Source: an uncultured Anaerolineaceae bacterium (GTDB taxonomy: Bacteria > Chloroflexota > Anaerolineae > Anaerolineales > Anaerolineaceae). Taken from it: a DNA stretch of 32,162 nt. Within the stretch, counting starts at the first letter, position 1. Each line of letters begins with the position of its first letter. This document shows, piece after piece, positions 27,295 through 32,162 of this stretch. The notes below the pieces were generated by a model, which saw only the letters and a list, made by a program, of their open reading frames with translations, ran no database searches and was not told where the DNA came from. Both the position numbers and the translations under genes were made by a program. Location: NCBI GenBank assembly GCA_964503685.1, contig CAZDAW010000036.1:1-32162 (forward strand), read 5' to 3'.

Positions 27295-28917
27295 TTAGAT
27301 TAATCCCTGCATGTCCTCTTCTGAAGAAGCAGGTGGAGCGACGTCATCTTGCAGCAAGAGCTGGCGTAAAGTGCGTAAAAGATTTATTGTGTCGCGGGGT
27401 ATCATCCGCCGGGTGGCTGGATCTGCTGCGGCGGTCTCCAGGGCCTGAAACACACGCATGGCCATGGCTTCTTGTGAATAGGTCTTCCCTTCCAGTATTT
27501 GCGATAATGTGTACACCATCTCGCGTTGCGCCTGGGCACGCGCTCTGAAGCGGATCCGATTTGCCTGTAATTCACTGTCGGCCATTGTCTCTGAAAATTC
27601 ACGTTCCCATCGCGCGCTCCAGGTGTCCACGCGTTGTTTCTGAATTTCAGGGTTGACCGGTTTCAAATCCAGGAATCCGGCATGGATGATCTTGATTCCG
27701 TGATCACGCAGGAATTTTGAATTACGCAATTGCCGCACAGGAAATATTTGCAGTTTGCTTTCATCCCATACTTGCCCGACTGTAAAAGGTTTTCCAAAGG
27801 GGGGGCGAACATACTGATAGGATAATACACCGTTTGAACGGATAATCTTTCTGAATGAATCCTGGTAATTACCTAACGGAAAGCTTGTCGCATCGGTTGA
27901 GAAGAAGCTGTCGTATTTGACGCGCCCGATTAAATCCCGAAATACTCCGATGGCAAATTCCAGAGGAAATTCTGTCCAACTACGTAGTCTGCCGGTCTGA
28001 TCAAAGGCCTGAGACGAAACGGCTGCAAATACTCGTTCGGGGTCGTAGATCATGTAATCATTTATCCGTTGCCAGGTGGGCGTCTGAGGCGGATCGTTCA
28101 GATCGCGGATGATTTCTGCTTTATCCGCCTCATCAAGGTCATCCGCTGTTAAGCTTTGAATCACTTTACCGCCGTCTTTATCTTGTAAATTGATCACTCG
28201 CAGGCTGGAAACCGATGGGGCTCTTTCGATACAGGTTACATAGAGCACATCGGCTGGCTGGCCAAGGGTGAATAGAGTCAGAAGCACCGATTCTATTTCG
28301 ATCCCATCTGCTGTATAAGCCCGCACATTGGGCTGGACGCGAATCTGTTTACGTAAATCTACAACTCCCTGTATAACTTCATTTCCCCGGCTGAATGCGA
28401 TCCCTGGTCCGCAGGCGCGCATTTGAGAGCCCGGCGCTTTGCCTCTCTTTTTATTGCGTGGGTTTGTCTGGCTTAATACGCCGAATTGCTTTTTAAGCAC
28501 CAGGGCGCTGTTTTGGTCAATTAAAATCACGCCCGAACCGGAACGCTTTTCTTCATCTTCTGAAGCCAGCACACGCCCGTCTTTCACGTGTACGGCCAAG
28601 CCGTGCATGTGTAACATCTGTAAAATCATGCGTTTAACCAGCAAAAACCATTCATTAAAAGTTTTTATTGGCAGGACAAATGGTGATATTAAAAACATCC
28701 CCAATATCAGAAACGGAATGAAACCAATAAAGCAATTGAATGCGGTAATTTCTAATGCACGTAATTTTTGGTCCGGCGTACTGGCTTGCGAGCCGGTCAG
28801 TAAATGCAGGAATTGGTTATTTTCAGGCCAGAAACTATAGCATGAAAAAGACGCCAAAAACAGGGCGATCACAGCCAGCCAGAAGCGTTTTCTCAGATAA
28901 AATGGCTCCGAATCCAT
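27295..28917 (-). CDS. SPFH/band-7 membrane protein (paralog of the downstream gene)
   Basis: Two N-terminal hydrophobic helices (FWLAVIALFLASF..; FIGFIPFLILGMFLISPFVL). SPFH core ..GSGVILIDQNSALVLKKQFG..GPGIAFSRGNEVIQGVVDLRKQIRVQPNVRAYTADGIEIESVLLTLFTLGQP... Later ..HGIKIIHAGFLDLKPVNPEIQKQRVDTWSARWEREF..ANRIRFRARAQAQREM.. Shares the W-x-A-x-W / Ala-Glu-rich tail with the 508-aa paralog. Confidence 0.65.
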   Translation of the reverse strand: MDSEPFYLRKRFWLAVIALFLASFSCYSFWPENNQFLHLLTGSQASTPDQKLRALEITAFNCFIGFIPFLILGMFLISPFVLPIKTFNEWFLLVKRMILQMLHMHGLAVHVKDGRVLASEDEEKRSGSGVILIDQNSALVLKKQFGVLSQTNPRNKKRGKAPGSQMRACGPGIAFSRGNEVIQGVVDLRKQIRVQPNVRAYTADGIEIESVLLTLFTLGQPADVLYVTCIERAPSVSSLRVINLQDKDGGKVIQSLTADDLDEADKAEIIRDLNDPPQTPTWQRINDYMIYDPERVFAAVSSQAFDQTGRLRSWTEFPLEFAIGVFRDLIGRVKYDSFFSTDATSFPLGNYQDSFRKIIRSNGVLSYQYVRPPFGKPFTVGQVWDESKLQIFPVRQLRNSKFLRDHGIKIIHAGFLDLKPVNPEIQKQRVDTWSARWEREFSETMADSELQANRIRFRARAQAQREMVYTLSQILEGKTYSQEAMAMRVFQALETAAADPATRRMIPRDTINLLRTLRQLLLQDDVAPPASSEEDMQGLI

Positions 28918-29054
28918 TGCCGGATTTCAAATCCCTTCCAGGTATCTGGTTTCTCAAAAACAGCCCAACCCGATGTCTGTATTATTTCAACCGGGTAATA
29001 ACCGCATACGATTCAGTATAGACAGGCCTTCAATATTTGTCAAGAAAACTTAAA

Positions 29055-30092
29055 ATGACTTCCAACTCCCACCATCTCTTGATACAATCAAATATTATGA
29101 ATACAGCTTCACCGAAATCGTTATTGCGTAAGATCATGGTTGGCCTGCTGTTTGGTTTCCTGGTGTTTTTGGCGCTAGCCTTGATCGGGGACTTGCGTTT
29201 GGTCAGCCAGCAAATGGTATCTTTTCGTTGGTCGGCATTTCTGCTGGCGTTGGGGTTCACCCTGTTCAATTACACTTTGCGTTTCTTTAAATGGCATTTC
29301 TATCTCAAGCAAATTGGCGTCAATGATCTATCCATCCCGCGCAGCGCCCGTTTGTTTGTGGCCGGTTTTCCTCTGGCTGTGACTCCAGGCAAGGTTGGCG
29401 AGGCCTTGAAGGGGGTCTGGATCAATCAGGTCAGCGGTATCCCGGTCGGCAAGGGTATATCCGTTGTTGTTGCTGAACGGATCAGCGACGGCCTGGCCGT
29501 GTTGATCCTTTCGACTTTTGGATTGATCAATTACCCGCGCTACTACCCGGCTTTTTTTGCCATCCTTTCCATTCTGTTGATCTTACTGATCATTTCGCAG
29601 GTTCGCCCGGCTGCTTTATGGCTGCTGGGGATTGGCGAAAAGATCCCAGTGGTTAAACGTTTTGCCCACGGAATACGCGAGTTCTATGAAGGGAGCTATA
29701 CCCTCTTTCGCCCCGGCCCGACGCTGGTAGCCGTTGGGCTGGGGGCAGTCTCCTGGATGGGAGAAGGGATCGGCTTTTATCTGATTTTGTGCGGACTTGG
29801 CCTCGAACCTGGCCTTGATTTGCTGGTCAGCGCCGTTTCGATTCTGGCATTCTCAACGGTTGTTGGGGCGGCCTCGGCGCTGCCGGGCGGCCTGGGCGCA
29901 TCGGAGGCTTCGATTGCTGGTATGCTTGCTTTTGTCGTCGGCATTCACGCCGATACGGCGGCGGCTGCAACGCTCCTGATCCGCCTGGCGACGCTCTGGT
30001 TTGGCGTTGGATTAGGGCTGGTGACCTGGACGTTCTCGAAAGACCTTCTTGTTATTCCAGAAACGACGCAAACCGGACAAAAGACAACTTAA
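29055..30092 (+). CDS. Flippase-like polytopic membrane protein (UPF0104 / lysylphosphatidylglycerol-synthase TM-region family)
   Basis: At least 8 predicted TM helices; motifs ..LRFFKWHFYLKQIG.. and ..PGKVGEALKG.. fit the LPG_synthase_TM pattern. Start ambiguous: the track begins at TTG 29037, ATG candidates are 29055 (used) and 29097. No SD at any of them. Confidence 0.6.
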   Translation: MTSNSHHLLIQSNIMNTASPKSLLRKIMVGLLFGFLVFLALALIGDLRLVSQQMVSFRWSAFLLALGFTLFNYTLRFFKWHFYLKQIGVNDLSIPRSARLFVAGFPLAVTPGKVGEALKGVWINQVSGIPVGKGISVVVAERISDGLAVLILSTFGLINYPRYYPAFFAILSILLILLIISQVRPAALWLLGIGEKIPVVKRFAHGIREFYEGSYTLFRPGPTLVAVGLGAVSWMGEGIGFYLILCGLGLEPGLDLLVSAVSILAFSTVVGAASALPGGLGASEASIAGMLAFVVGIHADTAAAATLLIRLATLWFGVGLGLVTWTFSKDLLVIPETTQTGQKTT

Positions 30093-30209
30093 TTTTCCAA
30101 AGCGCTTTCATCTATTGTTATCAACGCAATTAATATTTTCCCTGCACTGATTGATAGAACAGGGGGTTATAATTACTCGCAGTGATTTTATTGACGCATC
30201 GGAGACGCT

Positions 30210-30872
30210 TTGAAAGATAAATTAATCGTAGAATTTCACTGTCATACCATTTATTCGGATGGACTGGCAACACCTGAAAAGTTACTGGAAATAAGCAGAC
30301 GAAAAGGGATCGACCGGCTTGTTATCACCGATCATAATACCATTCGGGGCGCCCTGCGTGCCAGGGAGCTTGACCCTGAACGGGTGATCGTCGGAGAAGA
30401 AATTCTCACCACCCAGGGTGAATTCCTGGCCGCCTTTGTTAAAGAGGAAATCCCCAAGCGCCTGACGCCTATGGAAACGATTCGGCGGCTTAAAGATCAG
30501 GGCGCGTTTATCAGCGTTTCGCACCCGTTTGACCGCCTGCGCTGTGGCTGGGAAACGAAGCAGCTTTTGGAAATTCTCCCATACGTGGATGCTATTGAAA
30601 CTTTCAACGCTCGCGCCTATCGCGCCGCTGTCAACCAGCAGGCGCAGGAATTTGCCCGGCAGCATAACCTGGCCGGCACGGCCGGGTCAGATGCTCACGC
30701 CAGTTTTGAGTTGGGCGCAGCGACCATGACCCTCCCTTATTTCACGGACTCTGCCAGTTTGCGGCAGGCGATGGCGCAGGTGGAATACCATACCCGCTAT
30801 TCCGGGTTCTGGGTGCACCTGGTTTCGCGTTTTGGCAACTGGATGAAGAAAATGATGCCCGAACAGGCTTGA
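30210..30872 (+). CDS. PHP-domain metal-dependent phosphoesterase
   Basis: ..VEFHCHTIYSDGLATPEKLLEISRRKGIDRLVITDHNTIRGAL.. (PHP motifs I-II), ..SHPFD.., ..GSDAHA... Starts at a TTG preceded by GGAGA. Confidence 0.8.
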   Translation: MKDKLIVEFHCHTIYSDGLATPEKLLEISRRKGIDRLVITDHNTIRGALRARELDPERVIVGEEILTTQGEFLAAFVKEEIPKRLTPMETIRRLKDQGAFISVSHPFDRLRCGWETKQLLEILPYVDAIETFNARAYRAAVNQQAQEFARQHNLAGTAGSDAHASFELGAATMTLPYFTDSASLRQAMAQVEYHTRYSGFWVHLVSRFGNWMKKMMPEQA

Positions 30873-30905
30873 CGGATTCAGCCCTTGAGGTAAAATACAA
30901 GGGAT

Positions 30906-30989
30906 GGGGCGGTGGCGGAATAGGCAGACGCAGTGGACTTAAAATCCCCCGGGCGCAAGCTCATGTGGGTTCGACCCCCACCCGCCCCA
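30906..30989 (+). tRNA. tRNA-Leu (anticodon UAA), type II with long variable arm
   Basis: Acceptor GGGGCGG/CCGCCCC with discriminator A. D-arm GCGG-AATAGGCAGA-CGC (Leu-like). Anticodon arm GTGGA-CTTAAAA-TCCCC with U33 and A37, and one U.C mismatch in the stem. ~15-nt variable arm. T-arm GTGGG-TTCGACC-CCCAC. CCA not encoded. Hand-folded only. Confidence 0.7.
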
Positions 30990-31016
30990 CTTTTGTTTTA
31001 ATGGGGACAACACAGC

Positions 31017-31604
31017 ATGAATAATTGCCCTCATTCTTATCGGTACATCACCTTCTATAAACCCTACGGCGTTCTCTCCAATTTCACCGATTCCGAAAAC
31101 CGCGAAACCCTCAAAGCGTATATCGACGTTCCCGGCGTTTATGCCGCCGGCCGGCTCGATTACGACAGCGAAGGCTTGCTGTTGCTCACCGATGACGGCG
31201 GCCTGATTCACCGCCTGACCGATCCGCGCCATCACCTGCCCAAAACTTATTGGGTGCAGGTCGAGGGTGAAATCAGCCCTGAGGCGATCGGGCAATTAAA
31301 AAAAGGGGTGTTGATTCAGGGAGAGATGACCCAGCGCTGCCAGGTAAGACTCATATCGGAGCCCGACCTGCCGCCGCGTCGCAAACCCATCACTCCTCAT
31401 AAGCCGCCCAGTTGGATTGAGATTATCCTGCACGAAGGCAAAAAGCGCCAGATACGCCACATGACCGCCGCTGTAGGCTTTCCGACCCTGCGCCTGGTGC
31501 GGGTAGCGATTGGCCCGCTCCGCCTGGGCGAGTTGAAACCGGGTGAGTGGCGGGCGCTGTCGGAGCAGGAGATTCACAAAATGATGAATTTTCATACTCC
31601 GTGA
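31017..31604 (+). CDS. rluE: 23S rRNA pseudouridine synthase, RluE-like (RsuA family, no S4 domain)
   Basis: Aligns along its length with E. coli RluE: ..YITFYKPYGVLSNFTDSENRETLKAYIDVPGVYAAGRLDYDSEGLLLLTDDG..YWVQVEGEIS..GFPTLRLVRVAIGPL... Catalytic Asp in GRLDYDSEGLLLLT. Confidence 0.85.
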   Translation: MNNCPHSYRYITFYKPYGVLSNFTDSENRETLKAYIDVPGVYAAGRLDYDSEGLLLLTDDGGLIHRLTDPRHHLPKTYWVQVEGEISPEAIGQLKKGVLIQGEMTQRCQVRLISEPDLPPRRKPITPHKPPSWIEIILHEGKKRQIRHMTAAVGFPTLRLVRVAIGPLRLGELKPGEWRALSEQEIHKMMNFHTP

Positions 31605-31655
31605 TATGAATATGATATGAGTAAATTTTTATTTGATATGGTTGGACTTGATTTG

Positions 31656-31920
31656 TTATTTGATCTTCCGATATCCCTGCATGATGCGTTCCACCGGCGC
31701 CCAGCCGATGTAACGGGGTGAAGTCCACCCTGGCGCCCCTTTTAACTGTTCGATAGCCAGGTAATTATCCTCGCGTACTTCCTCCAAATATCTCGATTTT
31801 GTTACTTTTCTCGTAGGCGTCTTCGACAAACGCCAGACAAAGAAACGTACATTTATCAGACCCAAGATGTTCTTCGCCCCATTCCACAGCGTTTTTGATA
31901 CAGGTTTGATAATTCATCAT
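31656..31920 (-). pseudogene. Small hypothetical gene, apparently frameshifted in an A-run (two overlapping ORFs, 31765-31977 and 31656-31865, that read as one ~88-aa product)
   Basis: Frame A ends ..FVEDAYEKSNKIEIFGGSTRG*; frame B continues ..RKVTKSRYLEEVREDNYLAIEQLKGAPGW.. The switch maps to gagaaaagtaacaaaatcg (~31805-31825). Proposed start is the ATGATG at ~31920/31917, which overlaps the TGA stop of the upstream MBL gene. No family recognised. Confidence 0.3.
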
Positions 31921-32162
31921 AGTTGTTCCCAAAGTTTCCCTCTCTCCGTCCACGTACCGTGCGCCGGACAGACCCAATTAAAAGGTAAGGGGGCTACTTT
32001 CCGGGCCGATTCTTTGACCTGCGCCATATCCCAGGTCATGATGGCTGGTGAAAGTTGCAACTTGTTTTTAGAGCCGATGACCAGGTCGCCGGCAAAGAGC
32101 ACATCCTTGTATAAAAAGCAGACGTGACCGGGAGTATGTCCGGGAGTGGGGATGATCTTTAT
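31917..32162 (-). CDS. Partial CDS (C-terminal part; N-terminus beyond window end): MBL-fold metallo-hydrolase
   Basis: Minus-strand translation at the window edge reads ..IKIIPTPGHTPGHVCFLYKDVLFAGDLVIGSKN...VCPAHG.., typical of MBL-fold hydrolases. Stop TGA at 31917-31919. Confidence 0.65.
   Translation of the reverse strand: MKIIPTPGHTPGHVCFLYKDVLFAGDLVIGSKNKLQLSPAIMTWDMAQVKESARKVAPLPFNWVCPAHGTWTERGKLWEQL

Noticed and set aside
30878-30903. CCCTTG-N10-CAAGGG hairpin after the PHP gene, considered as a terminator
   Set aside because: No T-tract follows; it abuts the tRNA 5' end and is more likely part of the tRNA precursor leader.
31605-31655. AT-rich stretch with repeated TGATATG units after rluE, considered as a small repeat element
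   Set aside because: Too short and degenerate. Most simply a convergent intergenic spacer between rluE (+) and the minus-strand small gene.
1-32162. CRISPR arrays, transposase/integrase genes, rRNA
   Set aside because: No regularly spaced direct repeats with unique spacers, no recognisable transposase/integrase motifs (DDE, tyrosine recombinase R-H-R-Y) and no rRNA-like sequence were seen on either strand.

Overview
This window is a bacterial chromosomal segment, about 50-55% GC, with tightly packed genes on both strands. The taxon is unknown. The tandem Ser/Thr kinase-PD40 propeller receptors and the S-box regulon suggest a Chloroflexota-like or Firmicutes-like lineage, but that is only a guess.

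Gene content in order:
- a partial FtsK/SpoIIIE-like N-terminus, htpG and RNase Z
- a roughly 2 kb AT-rich insert carrying a DUF4143-type AAA+ ATPase, a 20-aa Lys-rich small ORF and a 188-aa protein with no recognisable family
- a SAM-I riboswitch leading metK
- two tandem class-A beta-lactamase-fold membrane paralogs
- a second SAM-I riboswitch leading an operon of B12-dependent metH and a yitJ-like bifunctional homocysteine methyltransferase/MTHFR, followed by coaX, coaBC, a metallophosphoesterase and a DUF4349-like lipoprotein
- two tandem kinase-TM-PD40 receptor paralogs
- a membrane protein with (T-x-T-L-T-P)x5 repeats
- a tightly coupled three-gene minus-strand operon: SPFH protein, SPFH protein with an Arg-rich DRRQ-repeat tail, and a TPR-like protein fused to an intact LexA-type S24 autopeptidase module
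- a flippase-like (LPG-synthase TM family) protein, a PHP phosphoesterase, tRNA-Leu(UAA), rluE
- a frameshifted small gene translationally coupled to a partial MBL-fold hydrolase at the window edge

The best candidate for an undescribed system is the SPFH-SPFH-(TPR+S24 autopeptidase) operon. Secondary candidates are the AT-rich islet flanked by direct repeats and the small-ORF/188-aa pair inside it.

Nucleotide coordinates for non-CDS elements are approximate, +/- a few nt. At one locus (about 25020/25021) my character-level reading of the text disagreed with the ORF track by one nucleotide, so CDS boundaries follow the supplied ORF track.
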